Part shown: positions 31,727 to 40,724 of the stretch, in pieces
Position numbering within the stretch: position 1 is the first letter of the stretch
Layout: every line of letters begins with the position of its first letter
Assembly (NCBI GenBank): GCA_964479445.1
Contig: CAYZMH010000001.1
Span: 181,754-245,753, forward strand
DNA: 64,000 nucleotides
Direction: 5' to 3'
From: an uncultured Bacteroidaceae bacterium
GTDB lineage: Bacteria > Bacteroidota > Bacteroidia > Bacteroidales > GCA-2748055
The notes under the pieces: generated by a model
The model's database searches: none
What the model was told of the DNA's origin: nothing
What the model saw: only the letters and a program-made list of their open reading frames with translations
Program-made: the position numbers and the translations under genes

Positions 31727-33576
31727 TCAATCGTCAAAATCAAGTTTGAATGAATTCTTGAATTTTTTCAGCAGCGGATTCTTCTCCGCCAGGTAATCCA
31801 GTTTATCCTGATCGGTGTAGAGCTTGTTATTACCCTCCTCCTTTTTCAGTTGTACATAGGATTCAATTTGGTATTCAATATTCCTGACATGCTCTTTCAG
31901 GTAACGTATCAGCTCGGGTTTGATCCGCTGGTTGAAATTAGTTCGTTGTGCTTCGCTGTCAAGGCGTATTCGGAACCCACTATCGCCGGTCTGTTCGGGC
32001 TGGTGCTTTTGAAGGGTGCTGTAAATCCTCGGATGGCTGTCCCTTATGGATTCAGCATAATCATTCCAGGCTTTCTGAAAAGTTTCAAGCGGAATCACAT
32101 CTGATCCCGGCGACTCTCCCTTTTGCTGCTCCTTGTCTGAATCACGGTAGCTATCTTCCGGCGATGGCCCGGGCGGCTTTCCACGCAAGCGGTCCTTGAT
32201 GGATATACTGCGTGAATACACCATTTTATTAACCCCATTGTCTTCAGCTGGTTGCTTTTCATTATCCGCGGCACCCGCAGAACGAGTGCCAGCGGTGGGC
32301 TCCCGGTCAGGCTCCTGAACAGCAGAAGATCTTTCCGAATTTGTTTGTGATGGTTCTGGTTTCCCGGAACGGGCCTCCTCTTCTGATGGAGGTTTACCGG
32401 GTTGTACATGTTTTCGGGATGTGGTCTCTGATGGCTTATTCTCCGTGGCTGCTGACCCGGTGTCCGCTATTTTTTTTTTTGCTCCGTGCGGAGATTGGCC
32501 AGTTTTACCAGTGCCAGCTCGAGAGTCAATCTCTGGTTGCGACTGGAGCGAAAGTGTATATCAGTGGTATTACAGATATCCAGTGCTTCGTAAAGAAAAT
32601 CAACCGGGGCACGGTTGGATTGTTCCAATATGCGTTCGCGTACGGAAGCTCCTGCGTCAAGCAGCGTAATCGTTTCTTTGTTTTTGGATACCAGTAAGTT
32701 TCGCATATGAGATGCCATGCCGTTCAGGAAATTCCTTGAATCAAATCCGGCACCCAGGATCTCATCAAAAATAAGCAGAGCAGTGGCCACATCACCCGAT
32801 AGAAATGCATCAATGCTTTTAAAATAGTACTCTACATCAAGAATATTCAGGTTCTCAATGACCGACTGATAGGTGATCTTCTTGCCGGAAAAGCTCACTA
32901 CCTGGTCAAAGATGGAGAGGGCATCCCGCATTGCTCCTTCCGCTTTCTGTGCTATGATATGTAATCCATCTTCTTCCGCCTCGATACCTTCTTTCTCTGC
33001 TATGGTTTTTAGATAGCCCAGGGAATCGGTCGTGTCAATACGATTGAAGTCAAAGATCTGGCACCGCGACAGGATGGTGGGGATAATCTTATGTTTTTCA
33101 GTAGTTGCAAGGATGAATACGGCATGCGCAGGAGGCTCCTCAAGGGTCTTAAGAAAGGCGTTGAAGGCCTGCGCGGAGAGCATATGCACCTCGTCAATGA
33201 TATAGACACTGTATGAGCCTACCTGCGGGGGAATTCGCACCTGTTCGGTCAGGGTGCGTATATCATCCACTGAATTGTTGGAAGCAGCATCAAGCTCGTG
33301 AATGTTATACGAACGTTGTTCATTAAAAGCCAGGCAGGATTCACATTCATTGCAGGCTTCCCCTTTATCGGTTACATGCTGACAATTGATCGTTTTTGCA
33401 AAAATACGGGCACATGTTGTCTTTCCCACACCTCTTGGTCCGCTGAACAGATAGGCATGCCCCAGGTGGTTGTTTTTTATGGCGTTTTTTAATGTAGCCG
33501 TAATGGCTTGCTGTCCAACCACACTGTCAAATGTATCGGGCCTGTATTTTCGTGCTGAAGCAATGAAATTCTCCAT
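31727..33576 (-). CDS. dnaX: DNA polymerase III subunits gamma/tau. The reading frame is broken at an A11 run: the 0-frame ends at TAG 32467-32469 and the tau C-terminus continues in the -1 frame.
   Basis: The N-terminal ORF (ATG 33576) carries ARKYRP, GPRGVGKTT, Zn module CNECESC, DEVHMLS and SRCQ. My own translation of the -1 frame from the A-run down to ORF 31727..32224 is open (IADTGSAATENKPSETTSRKHVQPGKPPSEEEARSGKPEPSQ...) and ends in the Bacteroidota-type DnaX C-terminus (LYTDQDKLDYLAEKNPLLKKFKNSFKLDFDD). Confidence 0.85.
32467..32485 (-). other. A11 homopolymer plus in-frame TAG in dnaX (candidate slippage/frameshift site, or an indel error)
   Basis: Minus strand reads GGAGC AAAAAAAAAAA TAG (T11 on the plus strand at 32470-32480). 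Just 5' on the mRNA is a small hairpin, CUCC-GCAC-GGAG. Confidence 0.8.
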
Positions 33577-33820
33577 AGGGGTCTGCAAAATCGTGGCCTA
33601 AAGATAATGTATTCCCGCGGAAAGTGATAATGATTTTTAAGAATCTCTGCCAGCCCGCATCATTCCAGAAACGGCAAACTACACATGGTAAATGCAGAAG
33701 CGGAATAAGCAATTTTTTTTATCCCGGCTGAAGTTCAGCCACCGGTCAGAAAATACTCAACGGTTAACCAAATAAACAGGGTACTTTTTTGCTGTTATTC
33801 AAAAAGTTCCTATTTTTGCG

Positions 33821-33828
33821 GTCGATTT
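33821..33828 (+). promoter_or_regulatory. candidate -7 box (TATTTTTG) for rpsF-rpsR-rplI
   Basis: Matches TAnnTTTG, 24 nt upstream of ATG 33852. Confidence 0.4.
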
Positions 33829-33851
33829 AGAAAACCGTAAAATGTAAAATT

Positions 33852-34211
33852 ATGTTAAACCAGTATGAAACCGTTTTCATTGCAACTCCCGTTTTGTCTG
33901 AAAACCAGATGAAGGAAGCGGTGCAAAAATTCAAGGGCATTATCACCGATGGAAAGGGTGAAATTGTCTACGAGGAGAACTGGGGCCTAAAAAAACTGGC
34001 CTATCCCATCCAGAAAAAATCCACCGGATTTTATCACCTGATCGAGTTCAAAGCATCCGGTGACCTCATTGAAAAGCTGGAAACTGAATTCCGCCGTGAT
34101 GAGAGGATCATCCGCTTTCTTACTATGAAAATGGACAAATACGCCGTTGAGTACGCAGAGAAAAAACGTGCGAAAAAAGAGAAAGAAACTGAAAAAGCAA
34201 AGGAGGATTAA
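33852..34211 (+). CDS. rpsF: 30S ribosomal protein S6
   Basis: [19 protein letters not shown] ... [10 protein letters not shown], with a Lys/Glu-rich tail. Confidence 0.95.
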   Translation: MLNQYETVFIATPVLSENQMKEAVQKFKGIITDGKGEIVYEENWGLKKLAYPIQKKSTGFYHLIEFKASGDLIEKLETEFRRDERIIRFLTMKMDKYAVEYAEKKRAKKEKETEKAKED

Positions 34212-34214
34212 ATC

Positions 34215-34484
34215 ATGGCACAAGGAACTACAGAAATCAGGTATCTCACACCCCCTACCGTTGAGATCAAAAAGAAGAAGTATTGCCGGTTCAGGAAGAA
34301 CAGGATCAAGTATATCGATTATAAAGATCCTGAATTCCTTAAGAAGTTCCTGAACGAGCAGGGCAAAATCCTGCCCCGCCGTCTTACCGGAACCTCACTT
34401 AAATACCAGCGAAAGGTAGCTACGGCCATCAAGCGTGCACGGCACCTGGCTTTGCTGCCCTATGTAACGGATATGTTAAAATAA
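34215..34484 (+). CDS. rpsR: 30S ribosomal protein S18
   Basis: KKKYCRF ... IKYIDYKD ... [20 protein letters not shown] ... [19 protein letters not shown]. Confidence 0.95.
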   Translation: MAQGTTEIRYLTPPTVEIKKKKYCRFRKNRIKYIDYKDPEFLKKFLNEQGKILPRRLTGTSLKYQRKVATAIKRARHLALLPYVTDMLK

Positions 34485-34502
34485 AGAACCGGAGGAAACA
34501 GA

Positions 34503-34949
34503 ATGGAAATCATCCTTAAACAAGACGTGCCTAACCTGGGACACAAAGATGACATTGTTACCGTAAAAGACGGATACGCCAGGAACTATCTTATCCCGCA
34601 GGGGTATGCGATCAATGCCACCAGGTCTGCTGTAAAAGTTCATGAAGAGAACCTTCGCCAGCGTGCTCATAAAGAGGCAGAACTCAAGGAGGCTGCCGAA
34701 GAGATGGCTGAGAACATGAAAGACATACACATTACCATAGGAGCAAAAACAAGCACCAAGGGTAAAATCTTTGGATCGGTCAACACCATCCAGATTGCAG
34801 AAGCTCTTCGAGAGAAAGGATATGACATCGATCGAAAGAACATATCCATAAAGGAGGAGTTAATCAAGGAGATTGGCAGCTATACAGCCACCGTGAAGCT
34901 TCACAAAGAGGTAGCGGTTGAGATACCCTTTGAAATTGTATCCGAATAG
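34503..34949 (+). CDS. rplI: 50S ribosomal protein L9
   Basis: MEIILKQDVPNLGHKDDIVTVKDGYARNYLIPQGYA. Confidence 0.95.
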   Translation: MEIILKQDVPNLGHKDDIVTVKDGYARNYLIPQGYAINATRSAVKVHEENLRQRAHKEAELKEAAEEMAENMKDIHITIGAKTSTKGKIFGSVNTIQIAEALREKGYDIDRKNISIKEELIKEIGSYTATVKLHKEVAVEIPFEIVSE

Positions 34950-34975
34950 GACCATTAAGAGACCCATATACCTGG

Positions 34976-35006
34976 AACCGCAAAGCGCTATGTTTTGCGG
35001 TTTTTT
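34976..35006 (+). terminator. intrinsic terminator of the rpsF-rpsR-rplI operon
   Basis: 9-bp stem AACCGCAAA / TTTGCGGTT followed by T6. It overlaps the ridA stop codon on the other strand. Confidence 0.7.
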
Positions 35007-35382
35007 ATTGAATAGCAATGGCCTCTATCTCCACCAGCGCACCTCCGGGTAACTCTTTTACTGCAAAAGCTGCCCGTGCCGGCGGATTTTCGGGATAATA
35101 CCGGGAATATATATCATTCATGCCGGCAAAATCATTCATGTCTGACAGGTAACAGGTGGATTTTACTACATCGTCTGACCGGTAGCCGGCTGCCTCCAGC
35201 ACCGCAAGCACGTTTTTCATAACCTGGTCGGTTTGCTCGGCAATGGTGTCGCCCACCATACTGCCGCTGGCCGGGTCCAGAGCAATCTGACCGGAGATAT
35301 AGAGAATGCCATTTATTTCTACCGCCTGGGAATAGGGGCCTACGGCATCAGGCGCCTCTGCAGTTTGAATAACTTTTTTCAT
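35005..35382 (-). CDS. ridA: RidA/YjgF family reactive-intermediate deaminase
   Basis: 125 aa. APDAVGPYSQAV, YISGQI, and the C-terminal PARAAFAVKELPGGALVEIEAIA. Confidence 0.9.
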   Translation of the reverse strand: MKKVIQTAEAPDAVGPYSQAVEINGILYISGQIALDPASGSMVGDTIAEQTDQVMKNVLAVLEAAGYRSDDVVKSTCYLSDMNDFAGMNDIYSRYYPENPPARAAFAVKELPGGALVEIEAIAIQ

Positions 35383-35415
35383 GACTGTTTGTTTTGGGTT
35401 AAACCCGGAACGGAA

Positions 35416-38208
35416 TTAAAAGTTATCTGTCCAGGATTTTCGCTTGTTATACTTCAGGTCTGATAGGATCGAAGATTTTGCATTGATCTGAAAATTATAG
35501 GATTTGTAGTTTCCGAAAGGAACAACCGACAGCCTCATTTCCCAGCAATGCAGGTCACGGTAGATGCTAATATTGGTGGTGCTTACCTTTTTATTATACA
35601 GGTCGTACCCTGTGTTAAACCCGATTTTCCAATTCGGGGTGAGGCTAAGGTCCCCTGATGCCCTTATGGTCTGAACAATCCGGGCTTCATCGGTTCGCTT
35701 GGAATAACTGAACGAATAATCCAGGCGAAGCGACCATGGCACATCAAAATCAACATATCCTCCATAGTAATCATCGGCAGCCGGATCGTATTCTGAACCA
35801 ATGCCCTGCATATCCGGATTATTTAATTGCGACTCCTCCCTGTCTGCCTCTGCCTGGTCACCCTCCTCCTCCTTTCCCTGCTGTGACTGAAAAGAGACTC
35901 CCATACTTACACTGGCGTTTGTAAGCCGTACCAGTTTACCGGTCTGTGAGAAGTAAGTTTCCCGGGTCCGGGTTCGAAGACTGTCGTATCCGAACGGATC
36001 CATGGTTCCCCTGAAATTCAGATTAAGGCGGTTGTTGAAAAGACGGGTGTTCCCGTTAAAATTCACAGGACTCCACGAGGGGGCAAGGGAGTCTCTGTTG
36101 AACAGATTATAACCTGTACTGAAATTGAAATTATCCAGTAGTTTTATCTTTTCCAGTTTATCCACTGTGTCGTTTTTCGGGCGCAGTTTCGCTTCCAGGT
36201 TGTTGCGAAGTGAAAGGCTTATGGAACCGTTTGCTCCGTTGAAGGTTGGAGTGCCATAGAGACTATTGGTATAAATGGAGTATGTCTCCAATAATTCATT
36301 ATTCACCGTATCGTAGAGATCCCTGTAGTAATTGGGTTGAAATCGATTCACATCCGGGGTGTAAGAAAAACTGGCCGATGGAGTCATCATATGCCGTATG
36401 GCAACAATGCGGCTATCCTCGGATGTAAACTGGTACATCCCGTATACCTTGGGAGATATTCCTGCACTTATCCTGGGAAGGTATGAGTGGGCATAGGTGA
36501 ACTTTCCCTGGTAAGTGGTATCTTCCACAATGGGATCATAAACGGTTGTTCCATCCTCTTCGTAACTCTCATACCCTGTGATACGTTTCTCGGTATAGCT
36601 GGAATAAAGCATTCCCTTGTAACTGAGATTGGGAGTAATGGTCATGCTCTGAAGGGCTGCCACGTTTCTGAAAGGCTTTATGTTGAAGCTGACAGGAATC
36701 TCGTGTCTGAACCCATTGTTCATATCACTCCAGACCTGGTTGGTAAATAAAAGAGAGTCGGTTGTTCGTATACGATTCTCCAGCAAACTGCTATAGCTGA
36801 GCTGAATGTTCTCATACCACTTTTTGGGGCCGGTACGCTGTTTACGTTCAAAAGGATTGATCCTGGACATATTGAACGACATTTTTGGGAGCGTCATATT
36901 CACTGATCCGGATCTGCTGTTCTGTGAATGATTCAGCGAGGCACTAAAATTAAACGGACTATTGGGCCAGGATTTGGTATAGGATATACTGGATTGTTTG
37001 GTATTATTCACTACATTATTGATATTCCGGGTGTGATTCCTGTCATAACTGGAACTGGACAGATTGACATTTGCCCTGAAATTACTTGTGGGATTGGCCT
37101 CCCTGGCCTGGGCATGAGACCAGTTAATCGAGTAATCCCGGCTTACACTGTAGAGCCCCTCAATATTTTTATAGCCCGACACATTTTTGAAATACTGCAC
37201 CCGTAAGTTCCCATTAAACTTATATCGAAGCTTGTAATTGGAACCCACACGAACTCCCCAGGTTCCGTTGGTATAGATATCCCCCGTTATACGCAGGTCC
37301 ATGTAGTCGTTCATGGCAAAATAATATCCGCCGTCACGAAGATAAAAGCCCCTTCTCTCCTCCTCCCCGTACTGCGGGATCAAAACCCCGGAAGTTTTTG
37401 TACGGGAATTTGGGAAAAAACCGAAAGGAATACCAATCGGTAATGGCACATCCTCTACCACGAGATACGCAGGTCCGGAGACAATTTTATCCCCGGGCAT
37501 ATTGACTCCCTTGGTGATGGCTACGTAGAAATGGGGGTGTTCGGCATCGCAGGTGGTGTATTTCCCGTCTTTGAGATGAATATGGCCGGTTCTCTGTTTT
37601 TTTGTCTTTTCAGCATGCAGATATCCGCCCTCCTGTTCTGTTATCACCTCTTCTATGAACCCTTTTTGTGTTTTAAAATTGTATCGAAGATTGGTCGCTT
37701 CAAAATTTTCGTCAGCCTCGGAAAAGAGCGGCTTTCCCGACACTTCTCCTGTAGAATCCGGTAACCCCTTTGCAGTGACGATATTATTGCCCATCTCGTA
37801 ACGAATATAGTCGGATTCCAGTTTTATTTCACCATACGTAATTACAGCATTGCCATAGAGCTCCACGGCCCCGTTTTTCATATCAAATACAATGGAATCT
37901 TCCGCATTATAATCAACCTCGCTGGTTATGTCGCTTCCCATACCCTCCGATTCAGCCAGGGTGTCATTAACAAGTGTATCGGAGCGGGAAGGCAGTGTAT
38001 CAGGGACCGGTGCCAGGGTATCGCTACGTGCAATAACACTATCAACGGGCAGGGGTGCTGAATCAGAAGCCGGTATGGCAGGGGTCTCTGATTGTGAATA
38101 AATGGTATCGGCAGGGGGAAGCGTGTCCGCCTCTTGTCCCTGCAATAAAATGCTTTTGAAAAGAGTTAGTATTATGGTGAAAACTATCTGGTAACGGATC
38201 TCCTGCAA
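35416..38208 (-). CDS. lptD: putative LPS-assembly outer-membrane protein LptD (Bacteroidota long form)
   Basis: 930 aa with a signal peptide, an OstA-like N-terminal region (GNAVITYGEIKLESDYIRY) and a large beta-barrel ending in an aromatic residue (WTDNF). It is divergent from the amidase and mlaD genes. The call rests on pattern recognition plus context. Confidence 0.65.
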   Translation of the reverse strand: MQEIRYQIVFTIILTLFKSILLQGQEADTLPPADTIYSQSETPAIPASDSAPLPVDSVIARSDTLAPVPDTLPSRSDTLVNDTLAESEGMGSDITSEVDYNAEDSIVFDMKNGAVELYGNAVITYGEIKLESDYIRYEMGNNIVTAKGLPDSTGEVSGKPLFSEADENFEATNLRYNFKTQKGFIEEVITEQEGGYLHAEKTKKQRTGHIHLKDGKYTTCDAEHPHFYVAITKGVNMPGDKIVSGPAYLVVEDVPLPIGIPFGFFPNSRTKTSGVLIPQYGEEERRGFYLRDGGYYFAMNDYMDLRITGDIYTNGTWGVRVGSNYKLRYKFNGNLRVQYFKNVSGYKNIEGLYSVSRDYSINWSHAQAREANPTSNFRANVNLSSSSYDRNHTRNINNVVNNTKQSSISYTKSWPNSPFNFSASLNHSQNSRSGSVNMTLPKMSFNMSRINPFERKQRTGPKKWYENIQLSYSSLLENRIRTTDSLLFTNQVWSDMNNGFRHEIPVSFNIKPFRNVAALQSMTITPNLSYKGMLYSSYTEKRITGYESYEEDGTTVYDPIVEDTTYQGKFTYAHSYLPRISAGISPKVYGMYQFTSEDSRIVAIRHMMTPSASFSYTPDVNRFQPNYYRDLYDTVNNELLETYSIYTNSLYGTPTFNGANGSISLSLRNNLEAKLRPKNDTVDKLEKIKLLDNFNFSTGYNLFNRDSLAPSWSPVNFNGNTRLFNNRLNLNFRGTMDPFGYDSLRTRTRETYFSQTGKLVRLTNASVSMGVSFQSQQGKEEEGDQAEADREESQLNNPDMQGIGSEYDPAADDYYGGYVDFDVPWSLRLDYSFSYSKRTDEARIVQTIRASGDLSLTPNWKIGFNTGYDLYNKKVSTTNISIYRDLHCWEMRLSVVPFGNYKSYNFQINAKSSILSDLKYNKRKSWTDNF

Positions 38209-38304
38209 CGTGATTTATCTATTATTTTTGTTCCTGAAAGGATGAAGTTTGGCAAATCTAATGAAAATCCTGTTATTATGACAAGGTCAAATACAGTATC
38301 CTTA

Positions 38305-39438
38305 ATGCTTAAACGGTTTTCAGCGATTTTTCTTATCCTGTTCCCGGCTTATTTCCTTTTCGCGGAGAATCCACCCGGACCAGAGGTTAAGCCGGATAAC
38401 AAGGTGCAGGTAGTCGTTATAGATGCGGGTCATGGCGGCAGGGATCCCGGTGCCCCGGGCAGGAATGTCAATGAGAAAGATATTGCCCTGAAGATAGCTT
38501 TAAAAGCAGGGCAATACATCGAGGAAAATGTAGAGGATGTTAAAGTTATGTATACCAGGAAAACAGATGTATTTGTTCCCCTCTACCAACGAGCCCAGAT
38601 AGCCAATGAGAATAAAGCCGATCTGTTTATCTCCATCCATGTAAATGCCAATACAAGTACCAGGCCTTACGGCACATCCTCCCATGTTCTTGGTTTGCAC
38701 CGCGCAGAGGAGAATTTTGATGTCGCAGTCAGGGAAAATTCGGTGATCATGCTTGAAGAAGATTATGAAACGACCTATCAGGGTTTTGATCCCGATTCTG
38801 AAGAGTCCTATGTGATCTTCTCGGTGATGCAGAATACATACCTTAACCAGAGCATTGAATTTGCCTCTTATGTCCAGGATCAGTTCCGGGACAGGGCAAA
38901 ACGAAAAGACCGTGGAGTGAAACAGCAGGGACTCCTGGTACTGGCTCGCTCAGCGATGCCCGGGGTTCTGATTGAAACAGGATTTATAACCAATCCCGAG
39001 GAGGAGAAATATCTAATGTCTGAATATGGACAGGATATCATTGCATCAGCTGTTTACAGGGCTTTTAAGCAATATAAAAACCGAATAGAGGAGCGAAGCC
39101 GGTTTACCACGGTCCGAGAGGAGGAGGAGGCTGTTAAGACCGGACAAAAAGCCGCGGAGTCTCCAACAGCAAGCGACGATATTACATTCAGGATCCAGGT
39201 AGCTTCCAGCCGCAGCAAAGTGGATACAAATCCATCTGCATTCAAAGGGTACCAACATGTGAAAGTATACAGGCAGGGCAGATGGTATAAGTATACAGTA
39301 CCCGGAGACGCAGAGTACGAAAAGGCACTCGAACAATGTTCCATGGTGAAAAGGGATTATCCGGGAGCATTTGTGGTCGCCGTCAAGAATGGAGAACTAA
39401 TTCCCCTCAATGAAGCGTTAGTTGAAATCAACAGGTAG
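38305..39438 (+). CDS. N-acetylmuramoyl-L-alanine amidase (Amidase_3) with a C-terminal SPOR domain
   Basis: VVIDAGHGGRDPGAPG, ISIHVNA, LVLARSAMPGVLIETGFITN. The C-terminal FRIQVASSRS...YKYTVPG...AFVVA is SPOR-like. Start at ATG 38305 (signal peptide MLKRFSAIFLILF); the ORF track begins at 38242. Confidence 0.85.
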   Translation: MLKRFSAIFLILFPAYFLFAENPPGPEVKPDNKVQVVVIDAGHGGRDPGAPGRNVNEKDIALKIALKAGQYIEENVEDVKVMYTRKTDVFVPLYQRAQIANENKADLFISIHVNANTSTRPYGTSSHVLGLHRAEENFDVAVRENSVIMLEEDYETTYQGFDPDSEESYVIFSVMQNTYLNQSIEFASYVQDQFRDRAKRKDRGVKQQGLLVLARSAMPGVLIETGFITNPEEEKYLMSEYGQDIIASAVYRAFKQYKNRIEERSRFTTVREEEEAVKTGQKAAESPTASDDITFRIQVASSRSKVDTNPSAFKGYQHVKVYRQGRWYKYTVPGDAEYEKALEQCSMVKRDYPGAFVVAVKNGELIPLNEALVEINR

Positions 39439-39442
39439 CGAT

Positions 39443-40375
39443 ATGAAAATAAAAAGCGAGATACGAATCGGAATAATCGGGATTATTACAGTAATTGCCG
39501 TCATCTGGGGAATTAACTTCCTGAAAGGTAAAAATATCTTTACCAGTAAGAATGTCTATCTCGCAACCTATTCGAATATAGCAGGATTGGAACGTTCTGC
39601 ATCTGTTTACATGGATGGCTATGCGGTAGGACTTGTGGAAAGGGTAACGTATGACCCTCAGACATCTCCTGCATTCAGTGTTACCATGGAACTGGAGGAA
39701 AAGTACTCAATCCCCAAAGGAAGCCGGGCGGAGATTTTCAGTGAAGATCTGCTGGGAACCAAAGCAGTCAGGATCCGCAGAGCTGAAACATCCTCCTTTC
39801 ATTCAACCGGTGATACGTTGCGCTCTGCTGTTATTCCGGATATGATATCTGCCCTTTTGAATGATTTTGAACCACTGCTTGGCAGTATCAACCGGTTAGC
39901 GGCCACCCTTGACAGCACCGGACAAAGCATGCGGAAACTGATGGATAATCCTGAAACAAAACAAATTGTGTCAAATTTAGAGGATGCGAGCCAGTCGATG
40001 AAAGACCAGCTGGCTGCCGGTAGTGATTTGTCACAGACCATGAAAAGCCTATCAGCAATCAGTGAAAACCTGGTGAAGCGTGAGAATGAAATCAACGGGA
40101 TTATTCACGATCTTGAATCCATTACCGGTACATTAGAATCTGCACCCCTGGATACGATTATGAACGAAATCCGGTCTGTTTCAGCAGGCCTTTCAGAGAT
40201 TACCGGGGATATTCGTTCCGGGAAAGGATCGGCAGGATTGCTTATAAGCAGTGACAGTCTTTATAATCAGGTAAATACTCTTGTGAATAACCTGGATATT
40301 CTGGTGAATGATTTGAACGAAAATCCGGGAAAATATTTGCACTTTTCCGTGTTTGGTGGTTCAAAAAAAGAGTAA
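39443..40375 (+). CDS. mlaD: MlaD/MCE family protein
   Basis: N-terminal TM helix (IRIGIIGIITVIAVIW), an MCE domain (YMDGYAVGLVERV) and a helical C-terminal region. Start at ATG 39443, just after the amidase stop. Confidence 0.75.
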   Translation: MKIKSEIRIGIIGIITVIAVIWGINFLKGKNIFTSKNVYLATYSNIAGLERSASVYMDGYAVGLVERVTYDPQTSPAFSVTMELEEKYSIPKGSRAEIFSEDLLGTKAVRIRRAETSSFHSTGDTLRSAVIPDMISALLNDFEPLLGSINRLAATLDSTGQSMRKLMDNPETKQIVSNLEDASQSMKDQLAAGSDLSQTMKSLSAISENLVKRENEINGIIHDLESITGTLESAPLDTIMNEIRSVSAGLSEITGDIRSGKGSAGLLISSDSLYNQVNTLVNNLDILVNDLNENPGKYLHFSVFGGSKKE

Positions 40376-40724
40376 CCAAATCATTTTTTCGACCAGAATA
40401 CGTATCTCTTTTTGACAATTGAGTCTTTTTAGTTGATGAAAATAATTGGTTCTTCACAACAACATCTAAAGCTTATATTGAATTATATTGTCTAAAGGAT
40501 TAGTTAACAATTTATTAAGATTGATACAGGTTTATGTATTGATTGTCAGGTTCTTACATATTTTTCTATTTTTTTTCTAATTTTAAGGGATTGATGCTAA
40601 AAACGATATAATTATCTTCAAAATTACAAGTCTTTACCCCCTTTTTTTATTATCATTTTTTCACAATCTTTGTTTTAGATACATCTAACCTATATTTCTG
40701 AACCAAAAAAAATTGCCGTTTACA

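Noticed and set aside
32095-32409. 104-aa minus-strand ORF between the two dnaX pieces
   Set aside because: It is the 0-frame read-on after the dnaX TAG. Its sequence is Arg/His-rich nonsense, whereas the -1 frame over the same nucleotides gives a plausible tau linker. It is not a separate gene.
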